From: Prorocentrum cordatum
Taxonomy: Eukaryota
Reading direction: 5' to 3'
Assembly: GCA_963575745.1 (NCBI GenBank)
Contig: CAUYUJ010000070.1
Coordinates: 186,001-250,000, forward strand
Length of the DNA: 64,000 nt
Of the stretch, positions 1-12,671 are shown piece after piece (position 1 is the first letter of the stretch; every line of letters begins with the position of its first letter). The notes beneath the pieces are model-generated. The model did no database searches, had not been told where the DNA came from, and saw only the letters and a list, made by a program, of their open reading frames with translations. A program made the translations under genes and the position numbers.

Positions 1-768
1 GGCGGAGGAGGAGGAGGAGGACGAGGAGGAGGACAAGGACGAGGGGGGGACAAGGAGGAGAAGGACATGGCGCCAGTTAAACAGTGTTTTGGCAATTTCG
101 TTGACCATGTTTGTCTGATTTCGTTCTGCAGCAAGGTTGGGAACGGGCCAGAACGAGGGACATCGAAAAGAAAACGGCAGCGGAAAGCACTTTTGAGTTC
201 GAGCCCGGGAGGAGGAGGAGGAGGAGGAGGAGGATCGAGCATTTGTGCCTCTCTTCTTGTCCTCCTTGGTTGCGCAGGTCTCCTGTGGAGCCCCCTCAGC
301 CTCCCCGGCTGGGGCCTCCCCATCTGGGAGTCGTGACTGGGGGGGGTTCTCCTCCACCTTCCTCCAAGGTGTGAGCGGGCCCGCGCGGTGGCGGCCCGCG
401 GTGTTGTGTGGGGCGCTTCAGGCACTAACTGGCGTTCCCACGGAGCGAAGCGAAGCGAAGTGATGGGGGCCGGAGGAAGGAGCTCTTGCCTTGCCTGCTG
501 GAGGCCGGCATGCCTGGCCGCGCCGCCTCCGGGACTTCGCCCTGGCCGCTCTTGCGCCTCCAGCCGCGGATGGATGGGGGGGTCCCTCTCTTTTTGTTTC
601 CCCTCTGTCTCTCTCTCACTCTCCACCTTGTTCTTCTCAAAGGGGAGGAGGGGGAGGAGGAGGAGGCGGAGGAGGAGGAGGATTTCGATTGCAATGAAGA
701 GGAGGATGAGCAGGAGCAGCTTGCTCGCACACGACCACCTCGTTCATCACCCTCACCATCACTATATG

Positions 769-799
769 GTAGCCATTTTGGCTCGCGCCATATTGGCGC
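769..799 (+). other. DinoSL relict, tandem pair
   Basis: GTAGCCATTTTGGCTC (769-784) is an exact 16-nt match to DinoSL; CCATATTGGCGC (788-799) matches 10/12 of the relict CCATTTTGGCTC. Confidence 0.8.
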
Positions 800-3250
800 T
801 TGAGACCTGGGGGCAGCTGCCCTTGCGTTTCTTTGCTCTGCTTGCTCCACCCTTTTTCCGACCTGCTCGGGTTCCGATTAGCTCGGGGGCGCGATGGTTC
901 GCAAAGGCATGGATGCGTTGACATCCGAGCTGGCGGCTCAGGTGGCCAAGGTGACGACTCCTTCTCTTCGGTGCTGGCTCAGGTCTCTGCGTTGTCTCTC
1001 GCGCCAAGGCTTTCCAAATTGGGTTGGGCGAGCAAAATGCGATCATTGCTAAGACTGGGAAATCGCTGGCCTCCTTCCGATCGCATTCGAACAGCAAGGG
1101 CGCGATCGCAGCGAAGCCGGCCGCGGCAAGTCTGCGAAGAACGCCCCTGCCGTTATTCGTTCTCGTCTCAGTTCTCCCGACTTGTTGTCGAAAACCGTTT
1201 TTGTCGATTTGGAATGCGAAGTGCAACCGTAATGTTTTGTTCGAAGTGTGCGTTGCAGCGTTCTCCTCGCGCGTCACTGGGCAAGTGAAGTCGGCGATGG
1301 AGGCCCCCCCCAGGGACTTCTCGACCTCCAGAAGCAGCTTCCGACGCGATACGTTGCCGTCGCGTCTTCGAGCACGCCGCCCCCGAGGGCCCTCGCGCGT
1401 TGCGTTTCAAGCCCTTCACAAGGGTGGGGCGAACAACCACGCGGCCATGATGGGTAGGATCCGCAGCGAACTCGACGCGACAGTCAAGGCTGACCCGTCC
1501 CATTCGGAGCGGTGCATCGATCCGTCAGTCGGCGGCGGCTCCAGCTTCGCATCTTCCACGTTGCTAGGCCTAGCTCGGTTTGGGAAGCGCCTCGCGTTTT
1601 CCCGTTCCCTTTCCACGCGTTGGATGTCTGGCTGGAGGCGAGCGGCAGGGAGTTGCGGGCTAGGTCATGGGCCTGTTGAGTCTCTGACGGCCAGGCGAAT
1701 TCGCAGTTTGCTAACGCAGGGGATAGGTGGCTCACGCAGGAAACTGTCTCTCTTCGGCGCCCAGGCCGATTGCGAGAGGCACAACTTAGTCTAAGGGGGC
1801 GCGGATTACCGCTCCCCCCGCGTAGTCCCGAAGAAACAGCTATCTGTCGTAACTTGGAACGCTCTAGGCTTTAGGCCTCTCTACGAGTGATCGTGTTGGA
1901 ATTGTACGAAACCGCGAACATGCGCGTTGAAGCTGCACGGTGCTATTTTCAGGCGCAGCTGTGTGGTCAGCGTCCAAGAGTCGCATTGGCGTCCTGGGGC
2001 CGTGGCTGCTATCCGCAAGGAACATCAGAATCGCAAGTCTTCCCTATTACCGGCGCCCCGAGAATCACCTGGGGCGCGGGCTTCTTGGTTAGCATTCAAA
2101 GGAACCCGCTGGGCGTTTCATTGTTTTTTGTCGAAAAAGTTGCGCTTCATTCGCGACGCGGCGCCGTGCGTTCTGGGTTGTGGGATGCTGCCGTTCAAGG
2201 GCCGAATGTCGATGCCCGGGTTGGATGCTACCGCCGCTCCCCGCCATCCGCTTTGCTCTGCTCCCCCCTCCCCTGCCGCGCGCTTGTTTTCGGGGCGATT
2301 CATCTCGCAATCAAGCAAAGGTGGTGCCGCCATCGCGCGCGAGTGAAATGTTGCCGTTGGGGATTGGTCGGGGTTCCATCGGCCGCCGGATTCTCGCTTC
2401 ATTGCGCGGCCCGGGGTTATTTCGGCTGCGCATCTTTATCGCGCGCCTTGGTAGATCCCATCGTCGCTGCAGCTGCAGTCGGAACGCACGCGCACATCAT
2501 GAACTCGCCCGGTCACGTTCCCAGGGTTATCAAAATATTGCCCCGAAGCCTGGTTGAGTCACCGAAGCGGATGGATTTCGAAACATTCTGACAGACAGGA
2601 CTGATTCAATCGACGCGTCTTTACCGATCCTCGCGCTTTTGGCCAGGGCCGAGGAGGCGACTCATGGCGCGCGTGCTGGTTCTTGGGATGCGTCGTCGAT
2701 TTGCGATCTCCCCGCGCAAGTTTGCGCCGGCGCGTCGTTGCCCCCCTGCGGCTTCCGCGCGCGTGTCTGGCGCCTCGCGTTTCGAGCCCTGCGCGTTGCC
2801 CCGCGTTTCCTTCCCTCCTCGACGTTGCAGTTGGCGACCTGTCCCAGCAACCTGGTCTGCGCGCGCGCTTTGCAGCGTTCAACGATTATCTTTCGGGCGC
2901 CGAAAAAGGGCTTATGTTGCGGGCAGAAGGCCACGTTGCTCGAAGATGGCTTCCATTGCGGTGGGTCGCGGGGTCCGTCAGGGTTGCCCAGCGCCCATGC
3001 CCTTGTTTGCTCTGGCCCTGGACCAGGAACGCCGCTGGCTATTTGCCGAAGTCCCCGTCAGGTTCAGCCTCTCACGTTGCGCCGACGACCCTGGGGTCCT
3101 CTCGGTCAACGCGCGTGCCGATCTGGACCCGATCTTCGGGGGGCCGCTTGCTTGCTTGCTGGTGCGATCGGGCCCGAGTTGCACGCCGGGACATTTTCTG
3201 TTCGTGAGCAAAGGATCAGCCCGGACTTTCGACAAATTTTGTGTTCACGC
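769..3250 (+). mobile_element. Highly degraded LINE (APE endonuclease + reverse transcriptase remnants), internally deleted
   Basis: Motifs in order across frames: LSVVTWNALG (~1840-1870, APE start), VVSVQESHW (~1960-1990), GD at ~2293 and SPGHVP at ~2505 (GDFN/SDH equivalents), PAFPSL (~2800), GVRQGCPAPMPLFALALD (~2970-3025), CADD (~3080). SL-like sequence at the 5' end. Confidence 0.8.
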
Positions 3251-4581
3251 AGTGTTCCCTTATTCTTTACCACGGGCTCGGCGGCCGAGGCGTGGGACCT
3301 GAGGGTCCTGTGCCTCGTTTGCGGCCTCCCGGTGCGCCCCTGTGGCCACCGCGGGGCTCCCTATCGGAGTCGTGGTCGATGGTCGACCTTAGCAGGGAGG
3401 AGGGTGAGGAGCGGCGGAGCAGGAGGGTGGACGGAGCGAGCATCGGGGAGGAAGATGGGAGAGAGCGAGGAGTGCAGGCAGGGGAGGGGGAGCAGCATGA
3501 TGAGGAGGAAGGTGGAGGAGGTCCGATCATGGAGGACGCCGAGGCGAGATGAGGACGAGGAGGAAGAGGAAGGAGCAGGAGGATGAGGAAGATGCCCTAA
3601 GCCTCCAACGCACTCGATGAATCAAGGCGGAGTGTTTTCGCATTTTTCGGCCGCGGGCAGTTTTCGGGTTCCAGGGCCGTAAACAAAACTGACCACGATG
3701 AACCAGTAGTCCTGGGATAGGGTCGAGACCTCCAGGGGCCCATGTGGGCAAATCAGGACGTTGGATGACAGGGAATCGAGCATCAAGGATCTCGGATGTT
3801 TTCGGACCTCTTTTGCCTTGTGTGGGGTCTCCAGAGCCTTCTAGAAGCTTTCGGGGAAAGTTGGTATCATCCGGGGACTTCTGGACACTGGAGGCCCCAG
3901 GAGGAGAAGGTGGAATGTGGAGGGGGAATAGGAGGAAGAAGGGAGTTGGAGAGGGAGGGGGGGAACTACAGAGGGATAGTGGTGATGATGAGGAAGAGAA
4001 GAGGAGGAGGAGGAGGAGGAGGAGGAGGAGGAGGAGGAGGAGGAGGAGGAGGAGGAGGAGCAAGAGGAGGAGGGGAGGAGGAGGGAAACGCATGCAGAGA
4101 AGCTGGGAACGTATCCGGGGCCAGCCGTTCCACGTGTTTCTGGCCTGATAAGTTTCTTGGTGCTCTCCCCGACAGGCCAGCTTGTCTCCGCCGTTCCGCG
4201 GTGGTTCCAGCCCCCGCCTGTTTTCCCAGCCTTGGCCGCACCCCCGCCTTCTGATTTTCCCACTCTTGAACTTTCATCGGCTTCCATATGGGGGAGTGGT
4301 GGAGGGGTGGGAGGTGGGCCCCTGAGAGCAACAGGGATAGGAGGTGGATGAGGAGGAGGAGCAGGAGGTGCGGGAGGAGGAGGAGGAGGAGAAGCGGACG
4401 AGGAGGAGAGTGGTAACACTTGCAGTAGGTGGAGGGGAGGAGGAGGAGGAGGAGGAGGAGGAGGAGGTGAGGAGGAGGGAGGAGGAGGAGGAGGAGGGGG
4501 AGGAGGAGGAGGAGGAGGAGGAGGAGGAGGAGGGAGGGGAGGAGGGGGAGGAGGAGGAGGAGGGGGCGCACCACGTCGAAG

Positions 4582-7344
4582 GTTGGGATCATGCGTGTGT
4601 CCCGCCCCCCGTTACGGGTACTCGTACCTGGAGGAAAATCTCTGCGGGACGGCACCCTGGTAAGAAGGGCGAGGCGGGCGATGTGAAGTATCACCTCTCA
4701 GTTTCCATCTGAAGAGATTTCATTCCGACTCTCAGCGGTGCTGCAGCGATGAAGGGGTGTTCTGTCATCCTGTGGCATAGGCGCTGCTACCACAACAAAA
4801 AGAGCAGCAGCAGCAGCAGCTGCCGCAGCAGCGGCAGGGGGTGAATGGGGATAGGGGAGGGAGGGAGCAGGAGGGGGGCTTGAAGGGGGATGGGGGAGGT
4901 GGGGGAGTGGCAGAGGGAAGTGGAGGAGGGGGAGCGGAGGAGGAGGAGGAGGGGAGAAGGAGGGGGCTGGATGTGGATTGGGAGGTGGGGGAAGAGGAGA
5001 AGGATGAGGAGGAGGAGGATGAGGAGGACGATCGCCACCAGCGAAGGAGGAGGAGGAGGAGGAGACGGAGGAGGAGGAGGAGGAGGAGGAGGAGGAGAAG
5101 GAGGAGGAGGAGGAGGAGGAGGAGGATGAGGAGGAGGAGGAGGGAGGAGCGGGGGGGGGAGAAAAAGAATGGGAGGAGAGTGACAACGACACGTACGAGG
5201 AGGAGGCGGGGGAGAGAACCATGTGTGGGAGGTGGAGGGGTCGGCGTGTTTTTTGGCGGAAGGCGTACATTTTCACCTTCCTAGACGTCCTCTGCAAGCT
5301 CGTGCTGGTGTGGGGCTGCATTGTGCTGCGATTCATCCAGGCCCCCCCGGCGCGCCAGGGGAGGCACTGCCGAGCAGGAGCAGGAGAAGGGGGAGACGAG
5401 GCGAGTGGATGGACGGGGGGAGGAGACTAGAGTGGGTGGGGGGGGGGTCAGGGCGAGGGGAGGAGAGGGAACCACCTCGTGCAGTCAGGATGCGATCCCG
5501 CCGACCCCTGCTGGGGGATGGCTTGTGCCTGGGGCGCGAGGCGGGGGGAAAACTGAGCCTGCCCTCGCGGCGCTCCTGGGCTGATGGGGACGAGATTTTC
5601 TGATTATGTTTTGGCATGATTGCATATGTTCTGACTATTGTTGACTACGTTTGGCTATTTTGGAATATGGTTGACTATTTTTGATTTTTGTTTTTTGACT
5701 ATGTTTTAGATTGTGCTTGAATGTGTTTGACTATTTTTTGACTATAGTGGACTATTTTTGCATATTATGTTTGGGCATGTTTGCATATTTTCTGACTATT
5801 TTTTACTTCTCGCCCAAAATCCTCCTGTAGGGGGACAGGCCCGACCTAACTCCAGGCTCTTGAGATACCTTACTGACCAATGTTGGTGTAGGTCGTCCTG
5901 GCAGCAATCCTAGGGGATCGAACAATGACATAAACCTGAAATGACTCGGAGGTCCGCGCGGATTTCTCGGATCCGCGCTGGGGCCCCCTGGCGGCGCCTC
6001 CAGCGCCGCCCTTGGCGCGCTCCGATCGCCATGGAGGGGGTCCAGCGCCGATCCGAGGAATCCGCGCAGTCCTCAGAGCTTGCATGTTTATGTCATCGCT
6101 TGCTTGCCTGAACCCAGCCGATACCTGCATCAGCGCCACGGCAGTTCGATTCGCAGAATGGGCCGAGCAGAGCAGGTACCATGGGCCATCATGGGCCGCA
6201 GTTCTTGACGGATCGAGTGGGCAAGCGAAGTGCACCACGGCGTAGAATGGCAGTCCGAGGCCCCGCACGGACCTGCAGCGTCCAGCGGCCTCCATCTTCA
6301 AAGTTGGGATCCTCAACGGCTCGGTTTGCCCGTTAGCCTCCCCCCCAAAGGCACCGCAGTTCAAACATACTGCCGAGAATGAGATGAGAGGCCGAGAGAG
6401 AGAGAGAGGCCAGCAGACAGACAGAGAGAGAGAGAGAGAGAGAGTCAGAGAGAGAGAGAGACAGAGAAAGACAGAGAGAGAGAGAGAGAGAAAGAGGGAG
6501 AGAAAGAGAGAGAGAGAGAGAGAATGGACACGTGTTTGCATAATGGCTTTGTGCTTACGACGCCACCGTTCCCCGGCAGTTGTTCAGCTTAGATGCGCAT
6601 GCTTGTCTGGGATCATTCGCAGGGTACTTTTGGAGGGGTCTTGGGGGTTCCTGGGGTCCTCTTGGGGCGTCTTGGGGGCCATGGGAAGCCTCTGGGGGCT
6701 CTTGGGGCCATCTCAGGGCGGAAGGCTCGAACTGTCCGTGCATATTCCCCCTCTTGGGCATGTTTGGGCCCGTTTGGCTGCTTACTGGGCCGTCTTAAGG
6801 TGCTCTTGAAACGCCTTGGGACCCTCTTGGGCCGTTTTGGAATCCTCTTGGGGGCGCTATTGGGGGCTTCTTGGGTCGTCGTTGCAATTTGACAGGTGAA
6901 AACGGCGAGAAGGCTGACATACCATCTTTCAATCACCAGCGGAAACTCATTCATTTGGGCCTTTTAGGGCCCTTCTGGGGGTGCTCTTGGGGCCCCCTTG
7001 GAGCTTCTTGGGGGCTTCGTTGTCCGTTTCACGGCCGTATTGATGATCTGGGGGCGATCTTGAGGCGACTGGAGACTCTCTTGGGCCGTCTTCGCGGCTC
7101 TCTCAGTCTCTCCGGGCCAATCTTGGGACCCTCCTGGCTACCAGAAGACGCACGCGACACACCTCGAGGGCCCCCGGAAATGTCCGAGAACGCCCAGGAG
7201 CGCCCGGGAAGCCGGGCGTCCGGGCCCGTAAGAATGCAGATGGTTGCAGCAGCAGCAGCACAGCTGTGAGCCTTTGGGCACTCCACTTCGTGCTAAGGGC
7301 ACTTTGAATCCACACACATACATATATATATATATATATGTATA

Positions 7345-7386
<42 letters not shown>

Positions 7387-8901
7387 GGTGTGTGTATTGG
7401 TACGAGCGATATATCAGAATGAGGGGGCCCGAACGGTCATTAATTGTCCCTGGGTGCGTGGCTGAAGTGAGAATCCGTGGTGAGGATTATGCTTGTTCTT
7501 GTTATTGTTGTTGTTGTTGCTGTTGTTGTTGTTGTTGATGTTGTAGTTGTAGTTGTTGAACATTATTCCTTCTAAAGAATTATTATTGTTGGGACCCCTG
7601 GTGCGCGACCTCTGCGCCGCGCCTAGGCCGCAGCTACATTTTCATCATTTTTTCTCGAAAGCTTCAGAAAAGTGGATGAGCTCCGGATCCGGTTTTTTGT
7701 TGACGCTCGTTTTCCCTTGCAAAAAACAATAGAAAATGAAAATTCTTGTTTTTACTTGATCAAATTGCAAGAATCCCTTGCAAAAAATAAGGTAAAGTGG
7801 ACATTCGTGCGCGCAAGACGAAATCCTTCCAAAACCTTAGGTTTCGTAGCGATTTTAACATAAAAACATCAAAAACCCAATGGTTTTCTCAGAAAAAATT
7901 GTCAAAATGTCCTTCCGCGCGCTCTTGCGGATTCCTAGGAAACCCACCAGATTTTAAACATTTCTGTTAAAAGGGCCTTTGCGAGGAACCTTTTCAGGTG
8001 CTTCGACCTTCTGCAACAACGGTTGCGAGCCTACGAGGGCCACCATCCCTTGCAAAAAATGACACGAAGTGCACATGCGCGCGGCCGCCGCGCGCGCGTG
8101 CCGAAATCCTGCCAAACATAATGTGATTTCAATAATTTCAAGATGCGATGTTCCGAAAACATATGCAAACGCAAGACTTTCTCATCCGAAAAATATCAAA
8201 ATCCACCCGCGGGCTCTTCATGAATCTTTAAAACCCAAGATGGCCCCAAGAGGCGCTCAAGATGGCCCCAAGAGGCGCCCATGAGGCCGCAAGAGGCGCC
8301 CAAGATGGTCCCAAGAGGCCCCAAGAGGACTCCAAGAGGCCCCCAAGAGGTTCCAAAGAGGCTCCAAGTTGGCTCCAAGAGGCCCCCAAGATGGCCCCAG
8401 GAGGCGTCCAAGCGGCTCCAAGAGTCCTCCGGGAGGATCCAATAAGCCCCCAAGAGGCCCCAACATGCTTTCAAGAAGCCCCCCAAAGCCTCTCAAGAGG
8501 ACCCCATGCGGCGCCAGGAGGCTTCCCCCCTTCCCCAAGAGGACCCCCAGCGGCCCCAGGAGGCTTCCCCCCTTCCTCTCACGCTCATATCCGTAGCCAT
8601 CTCGGATCAAGGTATCGCCTGTGTTCTTGGATCATGGCTTTGACGGCGAAAGACCTTCACGAGCAGTATGGCGCAGAGCTGCGGGTGTGTACTCCACGCC
8701 AGTGTAGTATCCACGATCGTCCGCGCGCCACGAAGTGAAGTGTCCTGACGTCATAGGGCGGGAAGCTGGGTGTGGGTGGTTCCCGAGAGTCGTGTGGATG
8801 TTTGGTAGAGCTTGCATTGCCCCCCCACGAAGTGGGGGTATTGGCTGGCGTCGCATGAAAACCCTGGCACTGGGGAGAACACTGAGCGTTCGGGTAAAAT
8901 G

Positions 8902-8933
<32 letters not shown>

Positions 8934-10216
8934 GGTTGTGGTTGTGGTTGTGATTGTTGTTGTTGTTGCTGTTTGTTGTCGTCGTCCCCCCCGCGACCCA
9001 CCCGCGACCCACCCCGCGACCCACCCCCGACCCACCCCGCGACCCACTCCGCGACCCACCCGCCTCCCACCCGCGACCCACCCGCGACCTACCCCGCGAC
9101 CCACCCGCCTCCCTCCCGCTACCCACCCGCGACCCACCCCGCGACCCACCCCGCGACCCACCCGCGACCCATCCGCGACCCACCCCGCGACCCACCCGCG
9201 ACCCGCCCGCGATCCATCCGCGACCCACCCGCGACCGATCCACATTGGTTCGAAGACACGATCGGCGCCTGCGGCGGGCTCGTTGTATAACTTGTGAAAC
9301 TTTGGCGCCTGCGGCAGGGCCAGAGTCTCGCAGACTGCCGACGTCTCCTCCCTCTTCCGCCTCCTCCTCCTCTCCTCCTCCTCCTCCTCCTCCTCCTCCT
9401 CCTCCTCCTCCTCCTCCTCCTCCTCCTCCTCCTCCTCCTCCTCCTCCTCCTCCCCCTCCCCCTCCCCCTCCCCCTCCTCTTCCTCCTGCCCCTTGCACGC
9501 CCCCCTCGCGTGCAGTGGTTCTCCCGCCCTCTCCGCCGCAGGCCTTCCCCGTGCTCCACACGTGCTTCGAGGGCTCCCAGCAGTTCCTCGACGCGTCGCA
9601 CGACGTGAGGCCCCAACCTGCGGGCGCTCTCCGCCGACGTCGCGCACGCCGTCGCCGCCGCCGCCGCCGCCGCTGTCGTCGTCGTCGACGCCGCCGACGC
9701 CGTCGACGCCGTCGTCGTCGTCGTCGTCGTTGTCGTCGTCGTCGTCGTGATCGTGGTCGTGGTCGCGGTCTTTGCCGTGGTCGCGGTCGTCGCCGCCGCT
9801 GTCGCCGTCGTCGTCCTGGTCGCGGTCGTCGTCGTGGTCGTCGTCGGGACGGTCCTCGGTCGACGCCACAGTCGTCCTCGTCGTGGTCACGGTCGTCGTG
9901 GTTCATCCCCCTCTCCCTTCCTCACTCGGGGGAAGAAGACGAGGATAACGATGGCGAGGACGAGCAGGAGGGCTGATGCTGATGTCGATGATGATACTGA
10001 TGATGATACGGATGATGATGATGGTGACGATGATGATGACAATGATGACGATGATGACGATGACGACGACGATGACGACGATGATGATGATGCTGATGCT
10101 GATGCTGATGCTGATGATGATGATGATGCTGATGCCGATGCTGATGCTGATGCTGATGCTGATGATGGTGATGGTGATGGTGATGATGATGGTGATGATG
10201 GTGATGCTGGTGATGG

Positions 10217-10289
<73 letters not shown>

Positions 10290-11019
10290 ACTGATACTGA
10301 TACTGATAATGATGATGATAATGTTGCTGCTGCTGCTGATGCTGATGCTGAGGATGATGATGATGATGGTGATGGTGATGGTAATGGTGATGGTGATCAT
10401 GACGAAGGTGGTCAAGGTGAGGTGACGACGACGAAGGTGATTATCCTGATGTTGCAGATGATGCTGCTGACGGTGATCATGATGACGGTGAGGATGACAA
10501 TGCCGACGACGACGACGACGACGGCGAGGACGACTAGGAGAAGGAAGAGCAGGATTATAATGGTGGTGATGATGATGATGATCAGACGGTCAGGGCCTTT
10601 TGCCTCTCCCGTCGCATGACACACCGCTGCTCGGCATATGCATGCCCGAAGAAGAAGGAGAGGGGCATATTGGGATGATAAGGAAGGTCAGGAGATGAGG
10701 GGTATCGGTATCGGTATCGGTCAGATGCGGCTCGCTGTCGGCTTGAAATGCCGATGTAGCAATCTGCCTGACGAGATGAAATATGTGCAAACGTGTCCCA
10801 TCCTGCTTCGGGCGGGCCACGATCAAAGAGGGAGCCTGGAACAGGGCCGAGTCGAGGGGCAGCGCGTCGTCTCTGCCATCGTCGCTGCTCGGCCTGTCCC
10901 CTTCCCTTCTGCATTGAGTGTCTTCCCTCGGGCGGGCAGGACTGGGACTGGAGGGGGACGGGGGGGGCGAGGGAAGGACACGAGGCTCCCCCAGTGCGGC
11001 CTCGGCCTTCTCCACGAAG
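4582..11019 (+). CDS. Candidate host exon chain A (4582-4659, 5232-5340, 9542-9609, 10845-10891, 10985-11019); unknown protein with one predicted TM helix
   Basis: AG|G acceptors and G|GT or G|GC donors with compatible phases give LGSCVCPAPRYGYSYLEENLCGTAPW/WRGRRVFWRKAYIFTFLDVLCKLVLVWGCIVLRFIQ/AFPVLHTCFEGSQQFLDASHDVR/AESRGSASSLPSSLLG/SPSAASAFSTK; high GC3. Further exon-like patches near 278-369, 505-568, 3290-3381 and 4176-4234 are not resolved. Confidence 0.6.
5600..5805. repeat. AT-rich degenerate tandem repeat (TTGACTATTT-like)
   Basis: Recurrent ttgactat/ttgcatat units. Confidence 0.7.
5910..6095. mobile_element. Palindromic MITE-like family 1 (core TCCGCGCGGATTTCTCGGATC...GATCCGAGGAATCCGCGC)
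   Basis: Inverted ends; related copies at ~40380-40508, 51925-52208, 54715-54830, 57667-57785, with partial copies at ~23870 and 31500-31602. Confidence 0.75.
6384..6523. repeat. (GA)n microsatellite
   Basis: Direct observation. Confidence 0.95.
6630..7140. repeat. Degenerate ~11-bp (CTCTTGGGGCC-like) minisatellite
   Basis: Recurrent cttgggg motif; reverse-complement array (ccccaagag) at ~8235-8570. Confidence 0.75.
7312..7555. repeat. (TA)n and (TTG)n microsatellites
   Basis: (TA)n at ~7320-7383 and (TTG)n at ~7495-7555. Confidence 0.9.
8590..8611 (+). other. Full-length DinoSL-like sequence (19/22)
   Basis: TCCGTAGCCATCTCGGATCAAG vs TCCGTAGCCATTTTGGCTCAAG; ATG follows at 8634 (MALTAKDLHEQYGAELR). 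Confidence 0.75.
8900..10582. repeat. Compound simple-repeat block: (GTT)n, (CCCGCGACCCA)n, (CCT)n, (GTC)n, (GAT)n
   Basis: Direct observation; the candidate exon 9542-9609 lies within it. Confidence 0.95.
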
Positions 11020-12671
11020 GCCCGGGTGTCCTCTTCTTCTTCTTCTGATTATTGCTCTTCTTCTTCTTCTTCATCTTCTTCTTCCTCTTTTTCTTATTAT
11101 TCTTCCTCTAAGTTTTCTTCTTCTGCTTCTTCCCCTTGTTCCACCTGTGCTTCCCTGGCTGGGGTGGCGGCTGGTCGCTCGCTTCGGTCCAGTCGCTTGT
11201 CCCGCTTTTCGGCGGCATCCGTCGCACACGGCACCGGCCTGGGCGAGGCGGGCCTCTCGGGCCCAGGCCATCGGAGCAAACGATTGAAGAATGGCCCCCC
11301 CCCCCAGGGGCCGAATCCGGTCCCTTCTGCGCGGGAGAGGTAGGACCTGCGAATCATGCATATCCTCTTCCTCCTCCACCTCCTCCTCCTCTTCCTCCTC
11401 CTCGTCCTGCTCGTCCTCCTTTTCATCATCCCTACTGTTCCTCATCCTCCTCCATTCTCCTCCTCTTTCCTCCCCCCGGGGGCCTCAAGAGTAATTGAGT
11501 TGGGCAGACTTGTAAACACTAGCCGCAAGAGCTGATGTTTTGATCCTCTGCCCCTCCCCCCTGTCCATTGTTCTGCCGTCGCGCTCAAGCTGATTTTTTG
11601 TTCGCCCCCCCCCTGTGCTCGCTTGTCCACCCGCCGCGCTTCAGACTCACAGCGTCGGCGCTGTATTCTTGCAGCTGCAGGATAGAGGAGGGAACGGAAG
11701 AGGAGGATGCAGAGTGCGGAGGTGGAGGAGGATAGGAGGGGGAGGAAGAGGAGGAGGAGGAGGAGGAGGAGGAGGAGAAGGAGGAGGAGGAAGAGGAGCA
11801 GTCAGAGGTGGAGGAGGAGCAAGAGGACGAGGAGGAGGAGGAGGAGGAGCAGCAGGACGAGGAGAAAGAGGAGAAGCAGGAGGAGGAGGAGGAGGAGGAG
11901 GAGGAGGAGGAGGTAGAGGAGCAGGTATAGGCCACCCCTGCGGCTTTGAATTGTTAGCCCGTGGGGTCCCCGCAGCCTCCCGGACAGGCCGGGATTGTCC
12001 GCCCTCCGTCGGCAAGGTTCCTTCGGCCCCTGCGGCTCCGAATTGTCCCCCCCCCGGCTCTGAATTGTCAGTCCGTGAGCCCGCCCAGCCCGCCCAGACA
12101 GCCCGGGATTGTCCGCTTTCCGTCGGCCTGTTCCTCCCCATTTGTTCCTCCCCCCCTTGAAATCGTTTGCTCCCATCAGGGGTCAAGCGTCTCATAAAAC
12201 GCACAGAGCTCGTCAGGAAACTGGGGTATGTCCATCTCAGTGCCAGTGACAGTCCAAGCGCGCTCCGAATATAGATGTATTGTTTTCGCAATTGCCTCGC
12301 ACATATGCTACCTTTTCAGTGGGCGTGCGCCAAGTCCTGTCTTCGTTCCATCCCTCGAGGCTCTGATGGGCTCCTCTGGGGCCAAGGCATCTTCCTACGG
12401 AGGAGGGAGGACGAGGATGATGATGAGGGAGGAGTGAACCGTGGCAACCAAAGGCGACGACCAGAGGGCGTCGCCTCCTTCTATCTGGCCTGAGGCAGGC
12501 AAGCGTGCAGCGAAAAGAAACAAGGAGGGCGGGCGCGAAAGCCACGGGGCGATTTCCCGCAGGAAGGGAGGATCCCCTGTGGCTAACCGCCCGCCCCCCC
12601 ATGGCCCGCGACCTGAGAAGAATGAGGTCAGGGCGAGACGCACCACACGCGGGAAGCGCATGCAGCATCTC

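Noticed and set aside
762..1790. Minus-strand integrase- or gag-like phrases
   Set aside because: Too weak; the region lies between an SL relict and plus-strand APE motifs, so it is more likely decayed LINE ORF1.
5263..5320. FLDVLCKL resembles the DxxxK retinal-binding motif of microbial rhodopsin helix G
   Set aside because: The preceding in-frame exon is Cys/Tyr-rich and not a helix F; no other rhodopsin helices were found.
8632..10619. Long ORFs with poly-Asp/Met/Pro/Arg (and similar ones at ~22-23, 43, 50-51 and 58-60 kb)
   Set aside because: Translations of trinucleotide microsatellites in GC-rich DNA with few stop codons.
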